This document shows positions 1 to 8,600 of a DNA stretch of 28,129 nucleotides, one piece after another; the stretch's first letter is position 1; each line of letters begins with the position of its first letter. The position numbers were made by a program, and so were the translations under genes. Below the pieces are notes generated by a model. The model did no database searches and was not told the DNA's origin. It saw nothing but the letters and a program-made list of their open reading frames with translations. Source of the DNA: Candidatus Nanohaloarchaea archaeon (GTDB lineage Archaea > Nanohalarchaeota > Nanosalinia > Nanosalinales > Nanosalinaceae); contig JBEQBC010000008.1 of the NCBI GenBank assembly GCA_041640035.1, positions 1-28,129 of the forward strand. The letters are read 5' to 3'.

Positions 1-23
1 CAGATCAGTGTCGCTTTTTTCAT
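1..23 (-). CDS. Possible 5' end of the next gene (MKKATLI...), running off the window edge
   Basis: ATG at 23-21 overlaps the TGA stop of the glycosyltransferase (ATGA overlap). Only 7 codons are visible. Confidence 0.35.
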
Positions 24-1159
24 TGGCTCTCAAGTATTTCATCTACTTTGGAGACAAACTTTTTCCATGTAAACTTTTCAGCATGTCTCAACCCGTTTTT
101 ACCCATCTCCTTCACCTTTTCAGGGTTTTCAAGCAGGTCGTCCATGGCTTCCGCCAGCTTCAATGGGTTGGAGTTAACCAGATAACCTGTTTCGCCGTCA
201 ACCACTGATTCCTGTGGTCCTCCTTCGTCAACTGAAATGACTGGTTTGCCGTATCCTGCTGCTTCTACCGGTGTGATACCCCAGTCTTCGTTCTCTGCTG
301 TAAAAAGTACTCCGTAGCAGTTCCTGTAAAGTTCTCGCCATTCGTCCTCATCGACATTTGTTCTTAGTTCTGCGCCTTTGACATCTTCTACCTTCTTTTC
401 TAGCTCTTGGTAATATTCTTGGTCTTCTTCTTTCAGGCTTCCTGCGACGATCAGTCGGAAGTCTTTGTCTACATTCCAGCGCTGGAAATGCTCGAACGCA
501 TCGATTGCCAGGTCCTGGCGCTTGTATGGTTTGAATCGGGATGGGTAGAAAAAGTACTCGTCGTAGTTACCAGGTAATGCGTCATCGGTATCGACTCCTG
601 GATGGACGACCGAAGTCCTCTCTCTTTCGAACAGTGATGCATCCATGGCGCGTTGACGCGTGTTCTCCGAGTTGAATATTACATGGTCGAATTTGTTCCA
701 TGCGTACTGCTCTATGAATTCGTATGTCTTTACTGCGAACCGGTAAAGGTTTCTTCCAAGTATTCCTCTTTCCTCGATGTTTCTGTTGTATACTGTTTCG
801 TCATGTGCTGCTCTCAAAGGCGTGTGGCAGAATCCGATTACCGGTATACTGTGATTTCTGAATGTGATGAACTCTGCGACTCCTGAGGTGGACACCATGA
901 AGCGGTCGTATCCTGATAGATCCATTGATGTGAATAGGTTGGCTAGTGTGAAGCTGAGGCCTCTGAAGAGGTACCCTTTGATCGGGATGTTTCCAATCAC
1001 ATTTACATCGTAGTCCTGGAACTCCTCGAATGTGTTCTCCGGTTCGTACCGTGTAGTATATATTGTGATATCATGGCTGCTGTTCTGGAGCAGTCTGAGT
1101 ACTGTTTTCTCTGCCCCTCCTTTCGTGTGGAGCCATGGATGATATAATGCTATCTTCAC
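20..1159 (-). CDS. Glycosyltransferase family 4 (GT-B fold)
   Basis: N-terminal GGAE motif, SRFxxYKR, and EDWGITPVEA (E-x7-E) followed by GKPVIS...GGPQESVVDGETG. GTG start. Confidence 0.92.
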   Translation of the reverse strand: MKIALYHPWLHTKGGAEKTVLRLLQNSSHDITIYTTRYEPENTFEEFQDYDVNVIGNIPIKGYLFRGLSFTLANLFTSMDLSGYDRFMVSTSGVAEFITFRNHSIPVIGFCHTPLRAAHDETVYNRNIEERGILGRNLYRFAVKTYEFIEQYAWNKFDHVIFNSENTRQRAMDASLFERERTSVVHPGVDTDDALPGNYDEYFFYPSRFKPYKRQDLAIDAFEHFQRWNVDKDFRLIVAGSLKEEDQEYYQELEKKVEDVKGAELRTNVDEDEWRELYRNCYGVLFTAENEDWGITPVEAAGYGKPVISVDEGGPQESVVDGETGYLVNSNPLKLAEAMDDLLENPEKVKEMGKNGLRHAEKFTWKKFVSKVDEILESQ

Positions 1160-1227
1160 TGAAATTCAGGCCTCGCAGTTTAATTATCAGGTAAGATACG
1201 GTTTAAATCCATATGATGTTGCGGTTG

Positions 1228-1386
1228 CTAGATCAGTGCACGGACGATGTTGAACATGACCATGAAGAATGCCTTGAGTGCCTGGCCGGCGGCGAAGATG
1301 AATCCGACGACGATGCTTGCCATGGTTTTTTCGAGTTGAGTTCTGTTTGTGTAGGCTTCCCAGTTCGAACCGTGATCGTCACTCAT
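1228..1386 (-). CDS. 52-aa small protein with a hydrophobic C-terminal half (not in the ORF track)
   Basis: Read manually as MSDDHGSNWEAYTNRTQLEKTMASIVVGFIFAAGQALKAFFMVMFNIVRALI*. A TATA-like TTTAAG on the minus strand lies ~30 nt upstream (1414-1419), matching a leaderless layout. Confidence 0.7.
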   Translation of the reverse strand: MSDDHGSNWEAYTNRTQLEKTMASIVVGFIFAAGQALKAFFMVMFNIVRALI

Positions 1387-1433
1387 CTATGGTTCAAGTT
1401 TCTGAGGTTGATGCTTAAATCCTGTTCGGATTG

Positions 1434-1454
1434 GTTCCACTCGAAAGAGACGGG
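1434..1454 (+). promoter_or_regulatory. ORB-like box
   Basis: GTTCCACTCGAAAGAGACGGG. Confidence 0.75.
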
Positions 1455-1472
1455 TTGCATATGAAACCAAGG
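1454..1472 (+). promoter_or_regulatory. Degenerate mini-ORB
   Basis: GTTGCATATGAAACCAAGG; 1462-1478 is a 16/17 inverted match to 1953-1969. Confidence 0.5.
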
Positions 1473-1500
1473 CTTATATACAGTACTGTGTTCAGAAATT

Positions 1501-1521
1501 CTCCACATGAAATCAGGGGGT
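1501..1521 (+). promoter_or_regulatory. ORB with G-string
   Basis: CTCCACATGAAATCAGGGGGT; 1502-1521 is identical to 1895-1914. Confidence 0.88.
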
Positions 1522-1570
1522 TGTAAACTGATTCTGGCGGATAGCAAAAACTGAAAGACGACAAGATCGA

Positions 1571-1592
1571 ACCCTGTGATTTCAAGTGGAAC
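1571..1592 (-). promoter_or_regulatory. ORB
   Basis: Reverse complement reads GTTCCACTTGAAATCACAGGGT. Confidence 0.82.
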
Positions 1593-1768
1593 TAGATAAC
1601 TGTGAGAAAGAAATAACTGATTCTAATCGAAGAACAGAAAATCTAGATCGAAATCAGCATGATTTTATTCCAGGACTGCTGTTTGCCGTAGACCGGAGGG
1701 TAAACCGGCCGGGAGTTGAGCGTCCGGTTCTAGGTCCGGATAGTTCTAGTGCGGAAATAGAGACACGC

Positions 1769-1790
1769 ACCCCCTGGTTTCGAGTGGAAC
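1769..1790 (-). promoter_or_regulatory. ORB with G-string, left flank of the DUE
   Basis: Reverse complement reads GTTCCACTCGAAACCAGGGGGT. Confidence 0.9.
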
Positions 1791-1810
1791 AGAGTTTCTG
1801 AACCGGAAAT

Positions 1811-1890
1811 CTGATTATAACAGACTTATAATTAGATAACAATGTTATAATAATATAACAGTGTTATATCATATATCTATCTATTATTTC
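1811..1890. other. AT-rich DNA unwinding element (DUE)
   Basis: 15 G/C in 80 nt (81% AT, counted by hand), between two oppositely oriented full ORBs. Confidence 0.85.
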
Positions 1891-1893
1891 GTT

Positions 1894-1920
1894 TTCCACA
1901 TGAAATCAGGGGGTGGGGGT
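1894..1920 (+). promoter_or_regulatory. ORB with extended G-string, right flank of the DUE
   Basis: TTCCACATGAAATCAGGGGGTGGGGGT. Confidence 0.9.
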
Positions 1921-1927
1921 GGTTGCC

Positions 1928-1946
1928 ACCCTGGCTTCACCTGGAA
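1928..1946 (-). promoter_or_regulatory. ORB-like box
   Basis: Reverse complement reads TTCCAGGTGAAGCCAGGGT. Confidence 0.7.
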
Positions 1947-1951
1947 TAGGA

Positions 1952-1978
1952 TTATAAACCTTGGTTTCAAGTAGAAAC
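1952..1978 (+). promoter_or_regulatory. Putative cdc6 TATA box with an abutting mini-ORB
   Basis: TTATAAA at 1952-1958, followed immediately by a minus-strand mini-ORB (GTTTCTACTTGAAACCAAGG, 1959-1978). Confidence 0.55.
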
Positions 1979-2058
1979 TTAGAGGGGAAAACGAGCGAAA
2001 TGAATACAAGATTTCTTTCACGGGGGGATGACTTCTGAGCCAGAGCAACCTGAACTCG

Positions 2059-3240
2059 ATGTTCTCGGAATACATCGAAAAGGACTCTGTCTTCAAAAAC
2101 AAAGACGCACTTACCACTTCTTGGCGTCCAAGCAATATCCTTCACAGGGACGAACAGATCAACGATCTGGCATCAATCCTCGCACCTTCTCTCAAAGGTA
2201 ATGATCCCAGCAATGTTTTCCTATACGGTTCAGTTGGAACCGGAAAAACTTTGATAGTCAAACATGTTACCGAGGAGCTCAGAAATGTTGCAGCTGAGGA
2301 AGAGATCGATCTAAACATACTATACATTAACTGCAAGATGAAGAAGGTCGCGGACACCGAGTACAGGCTTCTAGCCAAACTAGCAAGACAGCTGGGAGAA
2401 GATGTACCCAGCACCGGTCTTCCAACCGATGAGATCTACAACCGGTTCTTCGAAGCACTAAAGGACCAGAAAGGAGTAGTAATCATCGCACTGGACGAGA
2501 TCGACGCACTGGTCAAGAAGGTAGGAGATGAGTTCCTGTACAACCTTACCAGGATTAACGATGACTTAGAGGAAACTCGCGTATCAATACTAGGAATATC
2601 CAACGACCTGAACTTCACGGAATACATGGACTCAAGAGTAAAATCCAGTCTCTCAGAGGAAGAGATAATCTTCCCACCGTACAACGCGTTAGAACTTACG
2701 GAGATCTTGAGAGAAAGAACGAAGAAAGGATTCGTAGATAATGTGCTCGGCGATGGAGTGATCAGCAAATGCTCGGCGCTCGCAGCACAGGAGCACGGCG
2801 ATGCTAGAAGAGCACTGGACCTTATCAGGGTTGCTGGAGAGCTTGCAGAGCGTACAAACGATGAAAGGATTGAGAAGGCGCATGTTGATAAGGCACAGGA
2901 CAAGATCGAGCGTGACCGTGTCGTTGAAACTGTTAGAAGCCAGCCGAAGCACTCTAAGCTTGTGCTTTACACCATCCTTGACATGACTGAGGAGGATGAG
3001 GAGATCGCGACCGGCGATGTATACAGTGAGTATAAAGAGCTTTGCAAGGATGTAGATGTATCGGAGCTGACCCAGAGAAGGGTTTCAGGACTGATATCAG
3101 AGCTGGATATGCTTGGTGTTATCAACGCCAAAGTAATCAGTAAAGGTCGTTACGGCCGTACAAGGCAGATCAGCGTCGATCTTTCCGAGGATATTCGAAA
3201 TCAGATAGAGGAGCTAGTTGAAGATAATTTTTACATCTAA
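2059..3240 (+). CDS. cdc6: Orc1/Cdc6 replication initiator (true start may be CTG at 2035)
   Basis: Walker A GSVGTGKT, Walker B ALDEID, GDARRAL sensor motif and C-terminal winged helix (SKGRYGRTR). Confidence 0.98.
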   Translation: MFSEYIEKDSVFKNKDALTTSWRPSNILHRDEQINDLASILAPSLKGNDPSNVFLYGSVGTGKTLIVKHVTEELRNVAAEEEIDLNILYINCKMKKVADTEYRLLAKLARQLGEDVPSTGLPTDEIYNRFFEALKDQKGVVIIALDEIDALVKKVGDEFLYNLTRINDDLEETRVSILGISNDLNFTEYMDSRVKSSLSEEEIIFPPYNALELTEILRERTKKGFVDNVLGDGVISKCSALAAQEHGDARRALDLIRVAGELAERTNDERIEKAHVDKAQDKIERDRVVETVRSQPKHSKLVLYTILDMTEEDEEIATGDVYSEYKELCKDVDVSELTQRRVSGLISELDMLGVINAKVISKGRYGRTRQISVDLSEDIRNQIEELVEDNFYI

Positions 3241-3316
3241 AAGACTTTTTTCCAAGACTCTCTAGCTCCCTCTTTCAAAATCAGTTAAAACACAGGTTCA
3301 GAGGTTAAGACTAAGA

Positions 3317-4891
3317 ATGACAGATCAGGAGATAGTTAAAGAACTTACAAGACAAGGATGTATGCTTGACAGCGATGCAGCTGAGATGCTTGAGGAAGAA
3401 GATGTTGAGCGTATCAAGAACCTTGATGCTACACCTATGTATATCTCCAGCCAGATGATCACTCGGCTGAGAGAAAGCGACTCTGAGCAAGAGGAAGAGG
3501 TTGAACGGGAGGTTGAGACATCTTCCGGTCAGATGTTGAAAAAGGTAGAAAAGAGTTCAGAGACAGAAAATACTACAGAGGGGAGCAGCATAGAAGACAG
3601 TTACGATTACGGAGAGACAGGTAAGAAGTTCTCTAAGGACAAAACTGTCAATATCCGTGATAACAGGGATAGAACAGAGCTGAACACCAAAGTAGAGATA
3701 ATGGATGATGAAAATATCTCCCGGGAAGAAAAAGATGTACCAGAATTCTTACAGTACTACAACGACCGCTACGAGAAGATGAAGAAACTTCTTCTCCGCA
3801 GAAGAGAGATGAAATCAGCCACAACCATCAACCGGCTGGAAAGAAGAGATGAAGGAGAAGAAGCCACCACGGTAGGAATGGTGAACGACAAGTACTCTAC
3901 CAACAGCGGAAAATGGATAGTAGAGATAGAGGATAATACAGGAAAGTTTAAAGTATTAGCAAGCGAAGACGAAGGAGAAATGATAGTACAGGACGAAGTA
4001 CTAGGAATCAGAGGAAACATGGGAGGCGACATAATCTACGCCGACAACATAATAAGACCAGACCTCCCGATCCCACAGGGCGTACAGACCACAAAAGACG
4101 AGGTCAGAGCAGCCTACATCTCAGATCTACATCTCGGCAGCAAAGACACTTTGATGGAGCGTTTCAACCGGTTCGGCGACTGGCTGAACACAGAAGCTGC
4201 CAGCGACATCGGCTACCTAGTAATTACAGGTGATATAGTCGAAGGAGTAGGAACTTACCCTGGACAGGAGGATGAGCTGGAAGTTACGGATATCTACAAG
4301 CAGTATAAATTGTTTGAGAAATGGGTTGATGAGAAAGTACCTGATGATCTCCAGCTTATAATCGGTCCTGGTAACCACGATATCGTCCGATTGGCCGAGC
4401 CACAGCCGCGGATACCGGAGAAAGCGATGCCGAACATCTCAAATTATGATAATGTGCATATGGTTCAGAACCCGCAGACCGTACGGCTTCACGGCATCAG
4501 AAGCCAGGGAATCAAACACCTGATGTACCATGGATACAGCTTTGACGACCACGCGGACAGTATACAGAACCTGAGAGAGAAAGCTTACGAGGAACCGCAC
4601 CATGTTATGATTGACCTGTTGAAGAGAAGGCATCTAGCACCTACATACGGTTCCAACCTGCTCAGCCCTGAGGAAACTGACAGAATGGTTATCAAGGAGA
4701 AACCGGATGTAATGGTTTCAGGACACTTCCACAGCCACAGCAACGAAAGCTACAAAGGCGTAAATACTATCTGCAGCAGCACTTTCCAGGCACAGACAGA
4801 TTTCCAGAAAAGAGTAGGGCACGAACCGGACCCTGGAAAAGTCACTATAATGAACTTCAAAAACCGCAACACGGAGGTCAAACAGTTCTAA
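3317..4891 (+). CDS. polB: DNA polymerase D small (proofreading) subunit DP1
   Basis: OB fold plus calcineurin-like phosphoesterase motifs SDLH, GDIVEG, GNHD, YHG and GHFH; position between cdc6 and DP2. Confidence 0.96.
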   Translation: MTDQEIVKELTRQGCMLDSDAAEMLEEEDVERIKNLDATPMYISSQMITRLRESDSEQEEEVEREVETSSGQMLKKVEKSSETENTTEGSSIEDSYDYGETGKKFSKDKTVNIRDNRDRTELNTKVEIMDDENISREEKDVPEFLQYYNDRYEKMKKLLLRRREMKSATTINRLERRDEGEEATTVGMVNDKYSTNSGKWIVEIEDNTGKFKVLASEDEGEMIVQDEVLGIRGNMGGDIIYADNIIRPDLPIPQGVQTTKDEVRAAYISDLHLGSKDTLMERFNRFGDWLNTEAASDIGYLVITGDIVEGVGTYPGQEDELEVTDIYKQYKLFEKWVDEKVPDDLQLIIGPGNHDIVRLAEPQPRIPEKAMPNISNYDNVHMVQNPQTVRLHGIRSQGIKHLMYHGYSFDDHADSIQNLREKAYEEPHHVMIDLLKRRHLAPTYGSNLLSPEETDRMVIKEKPDVMVSGHFHSHSNESYKGVNTICSSTFQAQTDFQKRVGHEPDPGKVTIMNFKNRNTEVKQF

Positions 4892-5689
4892 ATGACAGAA
4901 ATAGACCTGATACCTTCAGAAAAAGACTTCGAAGTACTTGAAGACGAGAAAGTCGTACTGATGGATCTTGAAGGTACTCTGACAGCTGAAGATATGTATG
5001 TACCTCGTGATCCGAACCCGGAGCATGTTTACCGTGTCTTTGATGGTGAAGAGTTTGAGGTAAGAACTAACCTCGGTTACTGGAGCGGACTACATCTACT
5101 GGCAGGGGAGAAACCTGCAGAGTACTTTAAAAGAGTTGATAGATGGCGGAACGGCCAGATAACGAGAGATGAATTTGAGGAAAAGAATATCGATTTGATG
5201 AACAAGTTGATAGGAAGAACAGACAAGGATTCAGCTGAAGAAGTAATAGAATGGTACAACAGAGAGTTCCTGAACCTGAGAGACAGCGCCGAAGAGCTTG
5301 TAGAACTTTTCGAGGAAAATGGATTTACTACAGGCATTATTTCACATACCTCACAGAGCCTGTCTGTAAGAGCCGCGAAAGAGCTCGGAATAGACTTCGT
5401 CGTACCTACATGGATCTTTGAGACCGGGTACGGCGAGTTCAGCTATGTCAAGAAAACCAAATATGCTGAAGATAAAAGCGTTATAGTAGACGAACTAAAG
5501 CAGAACGGAGTAAAAGAAATCTGTTTCATAGGAAACGGCAACAACGATATCGATATCGCGGAAGAAGCCGATAATTCCTACATGGTGGAGAATAAGGACG
5601 GTCTCCGATACAAAGATATAGATGCCGGAACAGGTAGTTTCGAGGAAGTACTTGAAATGATAAAAACAGATTTAGGAGGAGAAAAATAA
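4892..5689 (+). CDS. HAD-superfamily hydrolase (phosphoserine-phosphatase-like) with variant motifs
   Basis: Motif I DLEGT, motif II IIS, motif III K (EDKS) and motif IV GNGNND. Confidence 0.8.
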   Translation: MTEIDLIPSEKDFEVLEDEKVVLMDLEGTLTAEDMYVPRDPNPEHVYRVFDGEEFEVRTNLGYWSGLHLLAGEKPAEYFKRVDRWRNGQITRDEFEEKNIDLMNKLIGRTDKDSAEEVIEWYNREFLNLRDSAEELVELFEENGFTTGIISHTSQSLSVRAAKELGIDFVVPTWIFETGYGEFSYVKKTKYAEDKSVIVDELKQNGVKEICFIGNGNNDIDIAEEADNSYMVENKDGLRYKDIDAGTGSFEEVLEMIKTDLGGEK

Positions 5690-8600
5690 TGGAGGTCGAA
5701 GATTACTTTGACAGCATCCGGAAACAGACTGACAAAGCCTATGATGTAGCAGAAGAAGCCCGAGAACAGTCACGGGACCCGGAGCAGCGTGTTGACATCC
5801 CTGTAGCAGAAGACCTACCGGAGAAGGCCTCCAGCCTTGTTATCGCAGCACAGTTCCCAGAACTCGAGGATCAGGGAGTAGCAGCCCGTATAAGAGAACT
5901 GGAAGACGAGTACGGTAAGAACGATGAAAGAGTAGCCTTTCAGATCGGAAGAGAAATCGCTCAGGGAGATTTCTACGAATTCGATGACCTTGAAAGAGCA
6001 TGTGATGCAGGAGTAAGAGTCGGTGCATCCTATATGACTGGAGGAATAACTACAGCGCCTCTTGAAGGTATCGGAGATATACAGATCAAAGAGAATAATG
6101 ATGGAACAGAGTATCTTGCAGTATACTACTCGGGACCGATTCGTTCAGCTGGAGGAACCGCCTCAGCGATGTCCGTACTTCTCGCGGACTATGTGAGGAT
6201 AGGTGTTGATCTTGACAGGTTCAAGCCTTCCGAAACAGTGGTTAAAAGATATGCAGCGGAGGTAGACGACTACTATACTCGTGTAACCGCAAAACAGTAC
6301 TATCCGGAAAGAGAAGAGACCGAGATGATCGCGGAGAATGTACCTATCGAGGTAACAGGTTCTCCAACTGAACAGCTAGATGTATCCAACTACAAGGACC
6401 TCGAACGCGTTGATACCAACCGTATCAGAGGAGGAATGTGTCTTGTTTATCTTGATGGACTACCACTGAAAGCTCCGAAGATCAAGAAGCGTATCGAGAA
6501 ATGGGGTAAGGACTTCGGACTGGAGCACTGGGACTGGGTAGAGGACTACCTAGAACTTCAGGAAGAAATCCACTCATCCGGAGATGACGACGAAGGAGAC
6601 GATGAAGAAGACGAAGCCAGCTACACACCTTCAGACAAGTTCCTAGGATCCATGACCGCAGGAAGACCGGTATTCGGACATCCAGGCAAGAAAGGAGGAT
6701 TCAGACTCAGATACGGCCACTCAAGAGTAAACGGATTAGCAGCAACCTCCGTACATCCAGCGACCATGGAGATCACACAGCGTTTCATCGCAACAGGTAC
6801 ACAGCTGAAAACAGAATACCCGATGAAAGGAACAGTCACAACTCCATGCGACAGTATCCATCCACCGATAGTAAGACTCGAAGACGGTTCAGTCGTCAAG
6901 GTCGAGACAAGAGATCATGCGAAGGAAATCGAGGATGAAGTCGAAGAGATACTCTTCCTAGGAGATATGCTTGTAACCTACGGAGAATTCGTGGAGAACG
7001 GAAAACGGCTGCTTCCATCACCATATGTAGCAGAGTGGTGGGAGAAAGAGGTACAGGACGAACTTGAAAGACAGGAGATGGAACTTGGAAGAGACTTTAC
7101 AGACCGCGCACCAAGTCCAGAGGAAGCTTTCAAGATCTCAGATGTGCTCGGAGTACCTTTACATCCAAAATGGACATACCACTGGAGAGAAACATCCGCA
7201 GAAAAATTCAAAGAACTATACACAGCCTTGAGAGAAGACGAATTCACAGATAAGGCGAAAAAAGCACTTGAAGACATACTACTACCACATACAGAAAGAG
7301 ACGGCGAAATATCGATAGCAGAAGACCACAAAGAAGTACTAGAAACAATTCTAGCACTGGACGAAGATAATTCGAACCTGCTGTCCGCTATCGAAGAACC
7401 AGAGGATATACCCGAGTTCATCAAACAGGTATCAGGCTACCAGGTCAGAGAGCAGGCACCTCATTATGTAGGAGCCCGTATGGGACGGCCGGAGAAAGCA
7501 GAGAGAAGAACTATCGATGGAAAGCCACAGATAATGTTCCCATGTGGAAAGGAAGAAGGAGGACGGATGAGAAACCTGACAGCATCCTACAACCAATCCA
7601 TGCACGGCGAAAAAGGCCTGGTGAAACAGGGAATACTTCACAATAAATGTACTCAGTGCGGAGAACTCACACACTTCTCATACTGCATAGAATGCGACTC
7701 ACCAGCAGAACCAGTATACTTCTGCCGCAACTGCGGAAAACAACACGACGAGAAACCGGATACATGCGGCAACTGCGGAGAAGATGTATTCAACCGGTAC
7801 AAGAGAACAGAAATCGATGTAAGAAATCTGATGGACAACGCAATGGATAATCTGGACATGCGACATCCACCGGAACTCCTGAAATCAGTCCGTGGAATGA
7901 GCGGGAAACATAAGCATGTCGAACCGATCGAAAAAGGGTTACTACGACAGGAATACGACCTGTATGTCAATAAAGATGGAACAGTCCGTTACGACGCAAC
8001 AGATATCCCGATGACACATTTCAAGCCGAAAGAGATTAGCGTATCGATTGAAACACTAAGAGATCAGGGATACACCCATGATGTCGACGGCGAACCACTA
8101 GAGAATGATGACCAGGTCCTGGCGCTTAAACCTCAGGATATAATCCTTCCTGACGGAGAGAATACTTTGAAGGCTTCAGATTACTTCGTCAGGGTTGCCA
8201 ACTTTATAGACGACCTTTTGGAGGAGTTCTACGACCTTGATCCATACTACGATGTGGAAACCAAGGAAGACCTAGTAGGAACACTGGTAATCGGGCTGGC
8301 GCCACATACATCTGGAGGAACAGTAGGCCGGATAATAGGTTTCACGGACGCAAAAGGAATCTACAGCCATCCATACTGGCACGCAGCCAAAAGAAGAAAC
8401 GCAGACGGAGACGAAGACGCAATACTACTACTTATGGACGGACTGCTGAACTTCTCAAGAGACTTCCTTCCTGATATGACTGGAGCCAGAACCATGGACG
8501 CACCACTAATCCTATCAACGGTTCTGAATCCTGATGAGATTGATGACGAGGCGTGGGCGATTGAAACAGTAAGTGAGTATCCGCTCAGCTTCTACCAGGA

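Larger units (their letters stand above)
1434..1978. other. oriC: Archaeal replication origin (oriC) upstream of orc1/cdc6
   Basis: Non-coding ~550 bp with multiple TTCCA-N3-GAAA-N-GGG(GG) ORB-like boxes in both orientations, an AT-rich element, and direct adjacency to orc1/cdc6 and the PolD genes. Confidence 0.92.

Noticed and set aside
1213-1464. 83-aa plus-strand ORF in the track
   Set aside because: It is the antisense shadow of the 52-aa minus-strand ORF, which has the better promoter and protein-like pattern, and it runs into ORB boxes.
1909-1922. G-rich run as a possible G-quadruplex
   Set aside because: Only two long G-tracts plus GG, and the ORB G-string already explains it.
1434-1978. 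Repeats considered as a CRISPR array or transposon ends
   Set aside because: Mixed orientation, irregular spacing, a match to the ORB pattern, and no cas or transposase gene nearby.
1586-2145. Short ORFs across the origin (1586-1801, 1654-1842, 1884-2135, 1906-2145)
   Set aside because: They overlap ORBs, the DUE or cdc6, and show no recognisable motifs.
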